Part shown: positions 14,213-23,699 of the stretch, one piece after another
Layout of the letters: every line of letters begins with the position of its first letter
Numbering within the stretch: position 1 is the stretch's first letter
NCBI GenBank assembly: GCA_965230905.1
Contig: OZ246396.1
Span: 720,001-752,000 of the forward strand
Source of the DNA: Candidatus Saccharimonadota bacterium
GTDB taxonomy: Bacteria > Patescibacteriota > Gracilibacteria > UBA1369 > 2-02-FULL-48-14
Direction of reading: 5' to 3'
DNA: 32,000 bases
Notes under the pieces: generated by a model
Databases searched by the model: none
What the model saw: the letters and a program-made list of their open reading frames with translations, nothing else
What the model was told of the DNA's origin: nothing
Position numbers and translations under genes: made by a program

Positions 14213-15361
14213 CTAAACCTGCTTCGCCATTTGTAACTCCTCGTTCGTAGGAATCACGAACACGGGGAGGAAGGAATTGCGGTGCGATATTTGCATGGCG
14301 TTTTTCTTGTTGGCGCGTGGGTCGAGTTTGAGGCCAAAGGATTTGAAATAAGCGCAGATTTGTTCACGCAAGTAGAAGGCATTTTCGCCGATGCCGGCGG
14401 TGAAGACCAGGGCGTCCGGTGGGCCGCCGAGTGCGGCGAAGTAGCTGTAAATGATCTTGGCCATTTGGTAGCTGAATACGTCGAAGGTGCGGCGCGTGCC
14501 GGGGCTGCGTTTGTTGGCCCAGAGGGTGCGTACATCGGAACCGAGCTGCGAAAGGCCTTTGAAGCCAGATTCTTTTTCAAGGAGTTGGTGCACGTCGGCG
14601 GGGGATTTTTTTTCTAGGAGGTGGAAAATGATGGCGGGGTCGATGGTGCCGGAGCGCGTGCCCATGAGTGGACCTTCGAGCGGAGTGAAACCCATGGAAG
14701 TATCGAGGGAAATTCCGTCTTTAATCGCGCAAAGACTTACGCCGTTTCCAATGTGGCAGGTGATGAGGCTGGCGTGTTTATTGTTTAGGATTTTGACGGC
14801 TTCTTGCGCCACGTATTGATGACTGGTTCCATGAAAACCATAGCGGCGGATCTTCTTTTTTGTGTAGAGCTCGTAGGGTAGGCCGTAGAGGAAAGCCTTT
14901 GGTGGCAGCGTTTGATGGAAAGCGGTGTCAAAAATGGCCGTGTGTTTTGCTTTGGGAAGTAGTTTTTTGCAGGCTTCAATGGCGGTGAGGTTGGCGGGGT
15001 TGTGCAGGGGGGCGAGCTCGGAGAGTTTTTTGATGGTGGCGATTACACCGGGTGTGAGTTTGGTGGCTTTTTTAAAAGATTCCCCGCCGTGCACCACTCG
15101 GTGACCGACTTTGTTTATTTCTTTGAGGTTTTTTACGGCGCCGTCGAGTTGCAAGCGCTTGAGGCCATAGTCGAGGGCTTCTTGATGATTCTTGGCTTTC
15201 ACGGAGTTTTTTTCTTCACTGCCATCGTCAAAGGTGCGGCGGAACTGGCAGGTCTTTTGGCCAATGGCGTCGATGTGACCCTTGTAGAGTCGTTTGAGTT
15301 TTCCGTCAAAAAGGGCGAAGCGGAGGGAGGAAGAGCCGGCGTTGAGAATGAGGATGGCCAT
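14213..15361 (-). CDS. ackA: Acetate kinase
   Basis: Start moved to ATG 15361, giving MAILILNAGSSSLRFALF, the canonical acetate kinase N-terminus. Also HRVVHGG, IFDTAFHQTLP, YGFHGTSHQYV and FTAGIGEN motifs. The track's 77-aa N-terminal extension is not protein-like. Confidence 0.95.
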   Translation of the reverse strand: MAILILNAGSSSLRFALFDGKLKRLYKGHIDAIGQKTCQFRRTFDDGSEEKNSVKAKNHQEALDYGLKRLQLDGAVKNLKEINKVGHRVVHGGESFKKATKLTPGVIATIKKLSELAPLHNPANLTAIEACKKLLPKAKHTAIFDTAFHQTLPPKAFLYGLPYELYTKKKIRRYGFHGTSHQYVAQEAVKILNNKHASLITCHIGNGVSLCAIKDGISLDTSMGFTPLEGPLMGTRSGTIDPAIIFHLLEKKSPADVHQLLEKESGFKGLSQLGSDVRTLWANKRSPGTRRTFDVFSYQMAKIIYSYFAALGGPPDALVFTAGIGENAFYLREQICAYFKSFGLKLDPRANKKNAMQISHRNSFLPVFVIPTNEELQMAKQV

Positions 15362-15424
15362 ACGTGATTTTTTCCAGCATAGCATTTTGAAAAAGAGAGC
15401 GCTAGAATGAGCTCTTAAAAAGCT

Positions 15425-15832
15425 ATGACCCACACCCCAGAAAATCCCATTTCCAGTGAGAATAGGGCCCGAAGATTTGTGCTTAGAGAGCTTGATGATC
15501 GGATCACGGTAGGGCCTCAGGGCACAGTGCGTGAAGGCGTGATTCGAGTGATGAAGGGTGAGGCTGCAGAAACTTTTATATTTTCTGGGCAAAAAGAACT
15601 TAGGACCTCAGGGGGAGTTTACCTACAAGATCCTGGCCAAATTAATGAAGAATTTGAGCTTCCGGCACAGGCCGTGGGGATACCTGGTGTTCGTGTTTTC
15701 TATAATTTGGAAGCAGCTTGGTTGCGAGTGGAGCGGATTTTTGAACCTAAGCCATTGCCTATAGAAATCACGGTGGATTTCCCTGGAGATAAGCCTCTTA
15801 AGTCTTTGATGAAATTTGAAGGCAATAGATGA
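15425..15832 (+). CDS. Hypothetical protein (135 aa) upstream of xfp
   Basis: ATG ORF divergent from ackA and co-directional with xfp. No family recognised. Confidence 0.55.
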   Translation: MTHTPENPISSENRARRFVLRELDDRITVGPQGTVREGVIRVMKGEAAETFIFSGQKELRTSGGVYLQDPGQINEEFELPAQAVGIPGVRVFYNLEAAWLRVERIFEPKPLPIEITVDFPGDKPLKSLMKFEGNR

Positions 15833-15901
15833 AGGCCGGAAAGAAAACTCATTGAGGAATCTCATTAGCTTCAGTAAGATGGATTTGGTTTAACTCACGC
15901 C

Positions 15902-18268
15902 ATGACAAAAACCGATCAAGAAGCCTTGCAGTGGCTTAAAAAATATCTGCGTTACACCGATTACATCGGGGCTGCTCAACTTTATTTAAAGGACAATTAT
16001 TTTCTCGACGAGAAGCTCAAGCCAGAGCACATCAAAGAGCGTATTTTGGGACACTGGGGAACGGTGCCGGGACTGAACTTTATTTATGCGAATTTAAATT
16101 ATTTGGTGTGGAAGCATTCGTGTGAAATGCTGCTCGTAACAGGTCCGGGACACGGCGCGCCGGCTATTTTGGCGAACTTGTTTGCGGAAAAAACTATGGA
16201 CGAATTTTATCCGGAATTTCCGCGTGATGGGAAAGGAATGGGGCAACTCATTCATGATTTTTCTTGGCCGCACACTTTGTTCCCAAGTCACGTGACACCG
16301 GGAGTGCCGGGGTCCATTTTGGAAGGAGGTGAGCTGGGTTATAGTTTGGCGACTGCGTACGGAGCCGCCATGGACAATCCGAATTTGATCGCGGCCGTGG
16401 TGGTGGGAGATGGAGAAGCAGAAACCGGGCCGATTGCCGCTGCCTGGCACAGCAATAAATTTTTGAATCCACGTACCAGTGGAGCGGTGCTGCCCATTGT
16501 GCACATCAACGGATACAAAATTTCCAACCCTACGATTTTTGGACGCATGGACGACAAGGAACTTCGTTCGCTGTTTGTGGGTTATGGATACGAACCTTTT
16601 ATTTTGGAAGAACCCAATTTAGAAAAGAAAACTCTGGAGGCCATGGAGACGGCGTATCAAATGATTCGCGCCATTCAAAAGAAAGCCCGTGCCAGCAAGA
16701 AAAATCTGCTCAAACCCAAGTGGCCGGTGATTTTGCTTCGCTCGCCGAAAGGCTGGAAAGGAATTCAAAAATTTCATGGACACAGTGTGGAAGGTTCCTT
16801 CCGCGCACACGGAGTTCCGGTGGGGCATCCCAAGGAAGATCCCGCTGCACTGAAAGCCATTGAAAGCTGGCTCAAGATTTATAAAATTCGGGAACTCGTG
16901 GACTCGCAAGGACGACCTAAATCGGAGGTAGTGGAATTTGTGCCCACGGGCAGCAAACGAATTGGAATGTGCAAGCACGCGATTGGCGGAAATATTATGA
17001 AGCCGCTTAAGTTGCCTTCGCTGGGGCAGTATGGACTCCGTGTTAAAAAACGCGGGGCTTTAGAATCGGGTAGCACGCCGGTGGGAGCCAAATATTTGCG
17101 CGATATTATTAAGCTCAATCCAAAAACTTTTCGGATTTTTTGCCCCGACGAATTGGAATCGAATTTATTCAAAGCGGTGTTCGAACAAACGGGCCGTGGA
17201 TTTACGTGGCCGGTGGAGAAAAATGACGAGCACATGGAATACGACGGGCGCATTTTAGAAATGCTTTCCGAGCACAGTTTGCAAGGCTGGATGATGGGAT
17301 ACACGCTCACGGGACGCTTTGGATTTTTCTCCAGTTATGAAGCGTTTTTGACCATTATTGCGAGCATGGTGGACCAGTACGCGAAGTTCCTGAAACAAAG
17401 TTTCAAAGTGAAATGGCGCAAGCCCGTGCCGCCGCTGGTTTACCATTTGGGAAGCGTGGGATGGAGGCAGGAACACAATGGGTATTCGCATCAAAATCCC
17501 AGCTTTGTGAGCAACCTTTTGCAAAAGCATGGTGAGTTCTGCCAAGTGTATTATCCTTGTGATGCCAACAGTTTTTTGGCGGCTTTGGAGGAAGCCTTTC
17601 AACGTCCCAATACCATCAGTGTGATTGTGGCGGACAAGCGCGAAGTGCCGCAGTGGTTGACACTCCAAGAAGCTCGTGAACAAGCTAAAAAAGGAATCGG
17701 GATTTGGGAATGGGTGGGTGGAAAAGAAGCCACTAAAAATCCGGATGTGGTGCTGGCTTCGGCGGGGGATTATATGACGCAGGAAGCTTTGCACGCGGTG
17801 AAACTGTGCAAGGAATTGGTGCCGGAAATGAAGGTGCGTTATGTGAATATTTCTGAACTCACGGGTCTTTGCATGGGTGATTATTGTTCCTCGGCTCATG
17901 CGTGTTTGGATCAAACGGCTGTGGATAAATATTTCACGGCGGACCGACCCGTGGTCATCAATTATCATGGATACACCAACGACATGGAGCAAATTTTGTG
18001 GCCTTTTGTGAACCCCAAACGGTTCAGCATTCACGGGTACCAGGAACGTGGAAGCACCACTACGCCTTTCGATTTGAAGGTGACCAATGAAGTGGATTTC
18101 TATCACCTTTCCATGGACATGATCACTCGCGCGGCCAAGCACAATAAAGCCGTGGCCAAAAAGAAGGACGCCATTATTAAAATGCTGAAGCAAAAGATTG
18201 TGGATCATCAAAAATATATCCGTGAAGTGGGAGATGACCCTAAGGAAGTTAAGACCTTCAGATGGTAA
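15902..18268 (+). CDS. xfp: Xylulose-5-phosphate/fructose-6-phosphate phosphoketolase
   Basis: 788 aa. Signature blocks GHWGTVPGLNFIYANLN, EGGELGYSLATAYGA and GDGEAETGP (ThDP-binding). Full-length XFP architecture. Confidence 0.97.
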   Translation: MTKTDQEALQWLKKYLRYTDYIGAAQLYLKDNYFLDEKLKPEHIKERILGHWGTVPGLNFIYANLNYLVWKHSCEMLLVTGPGHGAPAILANLFAEKTMDEFYPEFPRDGKGMGQLIHDFSWPHTLFPSHVTPGVPGSILEGGELGYSLATAYGAAMDNPNLIAAVVVGDGEAETGPIAAAWHSNKFLNPRTSGAVLPIVHINGYKISNPTIFGRMDDKELRSLFVGYGYEPFILEEPNLEKKTLEAMETAYQMIRAIQKKARASKKNLLKPKWPVILLRSPKGWKGIQKFHGHSVEGSFRAHGVPVGHPKEDPAALKAIESWLKIYKIRELVDSQGRPKSEVVEFVPTGSKRIGMCKHAIGGNIMKPLKLPSLGQYGLRVKKRGALESGSTPVGAKYLRDIIKLNPKTFRIFCPDELESNLFKAVFEQTGRGFTWPVEKNDEHMEYDGRILEMLSEHSLQGWMMGYTLTGRFGFFSSYEAFLTIIASMVDQYAKFLKQSFKVKWRKPVPPLVYHLGSVGWRQEHNGYSHQNPSFVSNLLQKHGEFCQVYYPCDANSFLAALEEAFQRPNTISVIVADKREVPQWLTLQEAREQAKKGIGIWEWVGGKEATKNPDVVLASAGDYMTQEALHAVKLCKELVPEMKVRYVNISELTGLCMGDYCSSAHACLDQTAVDKYFTADRPVVINYHGYTNDMEQILWPFVNPKRFSIHGYQERGSTTTPFDLKVTNEVDFYHLSMDMITRAAKHNKAVAKKKDAIIKMLKQKIVDHQKYIREVGDDPKEVKTFRW

Positions 18269-19518
18269 AAAATATTCTCATTGTGGGGGCGGGTGTGGCG
18301 GGTCTGCACTGTGCCCAGCGGCTTGCAAAAAAAGCGCCGGCGAATGCGCGCATTATGTTGGTTGATAGCAGCGATGTGCACACGCTTAAAGCGGATTTGT
18401 ATGAAGTGGCGACGGCCTTCAATAAAGAAATCACCGACGAGTGCATGGTGCAATTGAAGGCTGCGGTGGCCACGCCGATTGTGAGTTTGGTGGACCCTGA
18501 GCGGGTACACTTTTTGCAAGACAGCGTGATGGCAATTGATACCGCAAAGAAGACCGTGAAGCTCAAAAAAAATAAGGTGCTGCACTACGATATTTTGGTG
18601 CTCGCGCTCGGCAGTGTGACCAACTTTTTCAAAGTTCCGGGCATAGAAAAATATGCCTTTCCGCTCAAAACCGTGCACGAGGCGCTCGCCATCAATTGTC
18701 ATTTGGATCGGCTCTTTCGTGAGCGATGGACAAGCCGCAGCAAAGCGAAGGCCATTCATATCACGATTGGGGGCGGTGGGGCGACCGGGGTGGAGATGGC
18801 CAGTGAGCTCTATGCGTCGCTCAAAAAACTCTGCAGAAAATATAAATTCCCCCGCGCAAAAGTACATGTTCAACTGGTTCAAAGTGGACAAGATTTGGGT
18901 GGACTCGACGACAAGGGAACGGAGAAGATTTTGAGCCGTTTGGAAGGCATGGGAGTGTGTGTTTACCGCGGCTTTCGCATCAGCAAAGTGACGGAAGATT
19001 CCGTGCTGATGAAGGACTCAAAAAACAAGCTCAAGACTTTGCCGAATTCCATGCTTATTTGGACGGCGGGGGTGAGTGTGCATCCTGTGGTTGCGGCATT
19101 GGGCGATGCGAAAAAAGGTGGCGCAGTGGAAGTGGATGCCACGCTCGAATCCAAAAAATTCCCCAAGGTTTTTGCGGCCGGTGACAACGCATTTTTGGAG
19201 GATCCTAAAAAGCCCGGGTCTCGCGTGCCCATGCTCGCATATGCTGCGTGGCAGGAAGGCAACGTGGTTGCCGATAATATTGTGCGCAGCATGCGCAAAG
19301 AAAAACTTCGCGACTACAATCCTGGTGACGCGTGGATGATTTTGCCGCTCGGCGGAAAATTTGCCGCGTTTAAATGTGGCCCGTTTTTAATCACGGGTTT
19401 TGCGGCGTGGCTTTTGCGTCGGCTGGTGATTTTTCGTTATCATTTTTCAACCATGTCCTTCCGGCGCGCGTTTAAAAAATGGCACAAGGGCGGAGAGCTA
19501 TTTGAGCAGAATGACTAA
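18262..19518 (+). CDS. ndh: Type II NADH dehydrogenase-like FAD/NAD(P) oxidoreductase
   Basis: Two dinucleotide folds (ILIVGAGVAGL and ITIGGGGATGVEMASEL), IWTAGV and FAAGDNAF motifs, hydrophobic C-terminus. The ATG overlaps the xfp stop by 7 bp. Confidence 0.8.
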   Translation: MVKNILIVGAGVAGLHCAQRLAKKAPANARIMLVDSSDVHTLKADLYEVATAFNKEITDECMVQLKAAVATPIVSLVDPERVHFLQDSVMAIDTAKKTVKLKKNKVLHYDILVLALGSVTNFFKVPGIEKYAFPLKTVHEALAINCHLDRLFRERWTSRSKAKAIHITIGGGGATGVEMASELYASLKKLCRKYKFPRAKVHVQLVQSGQDLGGLDDKGTEKILSRLEGMGVCVYRGFRISKVTEDSVLMKDSKNKLKTLPNSMLIWTAGVSVHPVVAALGDAKKGGAVEVDATLESKKFPKVFAAGDNAFLEDPKKPGSRVPMLAYAAWQEGNVVADNIVRSMRKEKLRDYNPGDAWMILPLGGKFAAFKCGPFLITGFAAWLLRRLVIFRYHFSTMSFRRAFKKWHKGGELFEQND

Positions 19519-20456
19519 ATAAAATTGGCCTCCTGGGCTTCAATGGTGGTGATGGCCGCCAAGTTTACGATGTCTTCGGCGCTGGAGCCGCGCGACACTT
19601 CGTTAACGGGTTTTCGCAGGCCTTGCAGAATAGGGCCAATTGCCTTGGCTCCGGCCAACCGTTCTACGAGTTTGTAGCCAATATTGCCGGCTTCCAAGTT
19701 GGGGAAAATGAGCACGTTGGCTTTGCCGGCCACGGGTGAGCCTGGGTCTTTGAGCGCGCCGATTTTATCCATGAGCGCGGCGTCCACTTGCATTTCGCCT
19801 TCCACGAGCAGGTCTGGGCGGCGGGATTTTACCAGGGCTGCGGCGTCCTGCACTTTTTTTGCGAGGGGATGCTGGGTGGAACCGGCGGTTGAAAAAGACA
19901 GCATGGCGATCACCGGGTCCACGCCAAAGCGTTTGGCGGTTTCGGCGCTATCAATAGCTATATCGGCCAGGGTGCTTACATCGGGGTCGACGTTGAGTGC
20001 GCAGTCGGCAAAAAGCAAAATGCCTCCGTTGGCGGCATCAGCGTCCACGGTCGTCGGCAAGACCATAAAAAAGAATCCAGAAACCTTGTGGAATTTTTCC
20101 TTAGTTTTAATGATTTCCAGTGCGGGCAAAATGCGTTCGCGGGAAGTGGCGGTGGGGCCGGCGATCATTCCGTCGGCGAGGCCTTCCTGCACCATCATGG
20201 TGGCGAAGTAATGGGGCGTCCTCAGTTTGCTGCGCGCTTCCTCCTCGGTGGCACCCCGCAGTTCCATGAATTTTTTAACAAAGTCTTCAAAGTGAGGGTC
20301 GGCTGCTGGGTCAGCAAAGGTCACCGGAACGGCCAGCCCTTCCTTCACAATCGTCGCAATGGCTTCCTGCACGCGGGGTTCATTACTTTCGGCAAAAACG
20401 ATCCGCTTGGGATTTTGTTTAGCGCGGTCCCAGATCTGTTTTAAAAAAACTTCCAT
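19515..20456 (-). CDS. pta: Phosphate acetyltransferase (short PTA_PTB form)
   Basis: 313 aa. RIVFAESNEPRVQEA N-terminus, ADCALNVDP, LSFSTAGS, IFPNLEAGNIGYKL and SRGSS blocks typical of Pta. Confidence 0.93.
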   Translation of the reverse strand: MEVFLKQIWDRAKQNPKRIVFAESNEPRVQEAIATIVKEGLAVPVTFADPAADPHFEDFVKKFMELRGATEEEARSKLRTPHYFATMMVQEGLADGMIAGPTATSRERILPALEIIKTKEKFHKVSGFFFMVLPTTVDADAANGGILLFADCALNVDPDVSTLADIAIDSAETAKRFGVDPVIAMLSFSTAGSTQHPLAKKVQDAAALVKSRRPDLLVEGEMQVDAALMDKIGALKDPGSPVAGKANVLIFPNLEAGNIGYKLVERLAGAKAIGPILQGLRKPVNEVSRGSSAEDIVNLAAITTIEAQEANFI

Positions 20457-20707
20457 CAGTTTCCAATGGATTTCACGTCCGTCATGGCTTGGTTCACGGC
20501 GTCGGTTGCGTTTAAAACGGAGTCCTTGGCTTGGTTCACTTGATCCACGGTTTCTTCCACGCCTTCCTTAATCTCCACGGCCTCTTGCTTGATGTTCTCG
20601 GCGGCTTCTAAAGTTTCTTGGGTTGCTTTGGAGAGTTTATCGCAAGCAGGGAGAAGCAGGAGAGCGGCGAGTGCGAACGTTAGTGCGTAGGTGGAGGAAG
20701 GGCGCAT
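20456..20707 (-). CDS. Small helical putative lipoprotein (83 aa)
   Basis: ATG 20707 gives MRPSSTYALTFALAALLLLPAC with a lipobox-like LPAC, then an Ala/Glu/Gln-rich helical region. Its TGA shares one base with the pta ATG (TGATG). Confidence 0.55.
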   Translation of the reverse strand: MRPSSTYALTFALAALLLLPACDKLSKATQETLEAAENIKQEAVEIKEGVEETVDQVNQAKDSVLNATDAVNQAMTDVKSIGN

Positions 20708-20765
20708 AATTGTTGTGGCTAGCGCCACTTTATTGCTTAGCAGACCCTCTGGGTCCGCTTGATAA

Positions 20766-21110
20766 TTAAGAATTTTGGTTCTTTTCCTGTTTGAACATGT
20801 CGTTGAAGTTTCCTTTGAAGCCTTTGAGGAAATTGTGCATATCCAGTACTTCGTTCGAAGAGATCTGTTCCATACGGGGAGCGCTGCCCAGGCGAATAGG
20901 GCCGTCGCAATCCATAGGTTCGATTTGCATGTTCACGTGGATCACCGATTCGGTCTCGCATTCAGGGCAAAAAGCGTGAAAAAAGCTTTCCTCACAATTG
21001 AGGCTACCGATCACGTCGATATCGATATCGTGGTATTTACCATCGCACTTTTGGCAGTGCATGGTTTTCTTAATTTGGCTGACAATGATTTTAAGGTCGT
21101 GAAAGTTCAT
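20766..21110 (-). CDS. Zinc-ribbon hypothetical protein (114 aa)
   Basis: CxxC pairs: CQKCDGK ... CPECETE. No family recognised. Confidence 0.6.
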   Translation of the reverse strand: MNFHDLKIIVSQIKKTMHCQKCDGKYHDIDIDVIGSLNCEESFFHAFCPECETESVIHVNMQIEPMDCDGPIRLGSAPRMEQISSNEVLDMHNFLKGFKGNFNDMFKQEKNQNS

Positions 21111-21171
21111 TCTTCGCTTTTAAAGAGCATGTCTAATACTACCGTGTTTTATTGGGGGATTCCAGTGGATT

Positions 21172-21975
21172 TTATACAGCTTCTGTGTGCGCGATGTTTG
21201 CTGCGGGAGCAATGTGAGCGTGAGGGTCGGCTAGTGCAACCATGTCGTGCTCTGTAGTCATCTCGTTTGCCACGGCGGTTTTTGCCGTAGCTGCTTCGAG
21301 GCGAAGCGCATGTACACGTTCTCGCACGTGTGAAAAATAGCCTTCTTTGGTGCCTTCGATCACAGTGGCTGCTTTGGCAGCGCCTACCACTGGTTTAAGT
21401 TCAGGCTGAACGGCACCGATTACGGTTCCCATTTTTCCCGTGAGGGCTCCGGCGGCTCCTTGGTAGGGAGTGATGATTCCCTTCACCACGGTTTCTTCCA
21501 CTTTTGCCTGGTAGGCGATCTTGGCTTCTTCGCTGGGGTGTTCGCCCAATTCAGCTTGCATAGCGGCTTCTTCTGCATTGTTCATTTTGAATTCCACTAT
21601 TCCCATCTTAGCGAAGGCAGCGGCCATTAAACCGGGGGCAAAGTAGGCTCGGAGGTTTAGAAAGGGCATGTATCTCATAAGAAACTCGCCAAATCCTGTT
21701 TGATTCGCTGCGGCGAACTCTCTTTGGGCAAAAGCGGGAAGCAGTTTCCACGCCAATCGGAAAGGAGCCGTTAAGAAAGAAGTTCTGAATAAATAAGCGA
21801 CTTCCGCCACGCTGTCCACTCCAAGCCCAGATTCGGCACCTTTTTCGGCTACTTTAGCAATAAGCTCCAAACCTTTGTTGAGCTTTTCGACTTCTGATTG
21901 TTCTTTGCCGTCGTGACCAGCTTCATGGCCTTCTTCAGCGTGGTCTTCGTGCTCGGGGTGAGGATCGTGTGACAT
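21172..21975 (-). CDS. Hypothetical protein with His-rich termini (267 aa)
   Basis: N-terminus MSHDPHPEHEDHAEEGHEAGHDG and C-terminus HDMVALADPHAHIAPAANIAH. Ala/Gly-rich, partly hydrophobic middle. Confidence 0.6.
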   Translation of the reverse strand: MSHDPHPEHEDHAEEGHEAGHDGKEQSEVEKLNKGLELIAKVAEKGAESGLGVDSVAEVAYLFRTSFLTAPFRLAWKLLPAFAQREFAAANQTGFGEFLMRYMPFLNLRAYFAPGLMAAAFAKMGIVEFKMNNAEEAAMQAELGEHPSEEAKIAYQAKVEETVVKGIITPYQGAAGALTGKMGTVIGAVQPELKPVVGAAKAATVIEGTKEGYFSHVRERVHALRLEAATAKTAVANEMTTEHDMVALADPHAHIAPAANIAHTEAV

Positions 21976-21989
21976 AGGGTCTTTTGGTT

Positions 21990-22015
21990 AAAAGCCTTAT
22001 AATAGAATAAGGTTT
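21990..22015 (-). terminator. Weak hairpin terminator candidate after gltX
   Basis: aagccttat (21992-22000) with ataaggttt (22007-22015), 9 bp including one G-U pair. On the minus strand it is followed by only a short T-run. Confidence 0.3.
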
Positions 22016-23458
22016 TTAGCGTATCTTGTCAAGCGCGTCCTGCAGTCTTTTTAGAGTGAGCTCTTTACCCATGAGTTGAATCAGTTCAAAGGTTCCCGGC
22101 GAGAACTGTTCGTTGCTGAGGGCCACGCGCATCGGCCAGAGCATTTGTCCGTTTTTTACACCGAGTTTTTCAATCACGGTTACGAGGCAGGCTTTGATGC
22201 TTTCTTCGTTGGAGTAGTCTTCGAGGGCTTCCAAAGCGGGAATGCTGTTTTCAAGTGCCATCACGGTCATGGTTTTGTCTACCTTCATCTTTTCGCTGTA
22301 GAACAGATTGAAATCGTAGTCGAGTTCGTCCAAAAGGAAGGGTCTTAGCATAGGCGCGGCATCGGTCAGAGTTTTCATGCGCATTTGGACGGAAGCGAGG
22401 AAACGCAGGAAATTTTCTTGAGTGAAGGAGGTCTTGGAGAACCAATCGGTTTCTTCGAGCCAGGGTTTCACCAAGGCGGCCAGGTCTTCGATGGATTTAG
22501 CACGTATGTAGTGACCATTCAGGAAGTCGAGTTTTTCCAGGTTAAACACGGCGCCGGCTTTTTGTACGCGCTCGATGCTGAAACGTTCCACGAGTTGTTC
22601 GAGGGTGAAAAATTCTTCTTCGGTTCCAGGGTTCCAGCCTAGGAAGGCAATGAAGTTGATCATGGCTTCTTTAAGGTAGCCTTTCTTTATATAGTCCTCG
22701 GCGGCCACGTCGCCTTGGCGTTTGCTGAGTTTGCTGCGGTCGGGGTTGAGGAGCAGGGGAAGGTGCGCGAAAGCAGGAGGCGTCCAAGCAAAGGCTTGGT
22801 AGAGCCACACGTGTTTGGGCGTGCTTGGCAGCCATTCTTCGCCGCGGATCACGTGGGTGACTTCCATTTCGTGGTCGTCTACTACATTTGCCAGGTGGTA
22901 GGTGGGGAAGCCATCGGATTTAATGAGCACTTGGTCGTCGATGTCTTTTCCGTGGAATTTCATTTCGCCGCGCACCAGGTCGTTGAAAAATAAGTCTTCT
23001 TGGGGGATGCGTTGGCGGATCACATAAGCTTCGCCGGCTTCGCTGCGTGCTTTGATCTCGGCTGCGCTTAAGTTGAGGCAGAGCCGGTCGTATTTGGGCG
23101 GTTGTTTGTTGGCTTCTTGCTGCTTGCGCATTTCATCCAGACGTTCGGCGGTGCAGAAACAAGGATAGGCGTGGCCGGCTTCCACAAGCTGGGTCGCGTA
23201 CTTCATGTAAATTTCCGTGCGCTTGGATTGGAAAATGGGGCCTTCATCCCAGGTGAGGTTAAAAAAGTTCAGGGCGTTTTGCATGCTTTCCACGGCGCCT
23301 TCCACATAACGTTTTTGGTCGGTGTCTTCAATTCGCAGGGCAAAAATCCCCTTATTTTGGCGGGCATATAAATAAGAATAGAGGGCGGTGCGGAGCCCTC
23401 CCACATGGAGGTAACCGGTTGGCGAAGGGGCGAAACGTGTTTTAACGGAATTTTGCAT
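22016..23458 (-). CDS. gltX: Glutamate--tRNA ligase
   Basis: HIGH-region RFAPSPTGYLHVGGLRTAL and KMSKS-type KLSKRQG. The track start (TTG 23485) overlaps hicA. ATG 23458 gives MQNSVKTRFAPSPTG. Confidence 0.95.
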   Translation of the reverse strand: MQNSVKTRFAPSPTGYLHVGGLRTALYSYLYARQNKGIFALRIEDTDQKRYVEGAVESMQNALNFFNLTWDEGPIFQSKRTEIYMKYATQLVEAGHAYPCFCTAERLDEMRKQQEANKQPPKYDRLCLNLSAAEIKARSEAGEAYVIRQRIPQEDLFFNDLVRGEMKFHGKDIDDQVLIKSDGFPTYHLANVVDDHEMEVTHVIRGEEWLPSTPKHVWLYQAFAWTPPAFAHLPLLLNPDRSKLSKRQGDVAAEDYIKKGYLKEAMINFIAFLGWNPGTEEEFFTLEQLVERFSIERVQKAGAVFNLEKLDFLNGHYIRAKSIEDLAALVKPWLEETDWFSKTSFTQENFLRFLASVQMRMKTLTDAAPMLRPFLLDELDYDFNLFYSEKMKVDKTMTVMALENSIPALEALEDYSNEESIKACLVTVIEKLGVKNGQMLWPMRVALSNEQFSPGTFELIQLMGKELTLKRLQDALDKIR

Positions 23459-23462
23459 AGGT

Positions 23463-23699
23463 TTATTTATTTGAGAGTTTATCAAAATCTTCCAACGATA
23501 AATCGGCCATTTTAAGAATGTTTCTAAAGGTTCCCGGCGTTAATTCTTTATGATCTGGAATTATGACAGTCTCAACATGTGCTGTAAGTTCTTTGCGTAT
23601 TTTTATATGACTTCCTTTTTGTGAGACCTCAAAAAAGCCCAATTTTTTAAGTAGTTTTACCATTTCTCTTCCAGATATAGAGCGGAAAAATTTAGGCAT
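23463..23699 (-). CDS. hicA: HicA-family mRNA interferase toxin
   Basis: 78 aa. SGREMVKLLKKLGFFEVSQKGSHIKI matches the HicA dsRBD-like core with its catalytic His. 8-bp overlap with the upstream hicB. Confidence 0.85.
   Translation of the reverse strand: MPKFFRSISGREMVKLLKKLGFFEVSQKGSHIKIRKELTAHVETVIIPDHKELTPGTFRNILKMADLSLEDFDKLSNK

Noticed and set aside
15362-15592. 77-codon N-terminal extension of ackA in the ORF track
   Set aside because: The canonical acetate kinase N-terminus MAILILNAGSSS starts at ATG 15361. The extension would run through the divergent promoter region and overlap the start of ORF 15425.
17920-17928. Perfect DnaA box TGTGGATAA
   Set aside because: It is a single isolated box inside the xfp coding sequence. 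No cluster and no AT-rich unwinding element are nearby. It is most likely chance.
17255-18211. 318-aa ORF on the minus strand
   Set aside because: Entirely antisense to the phosphoketolase gene, whose homology is unambiguous. Its product is His/Arg-rich and low complexity. It is a shadow ORF.
18208-18891. 227-aa ORF on the minus strand
   Set aside because: Antisense to the ndh-like gene, which carries clear dinucleotide-binding motifs.
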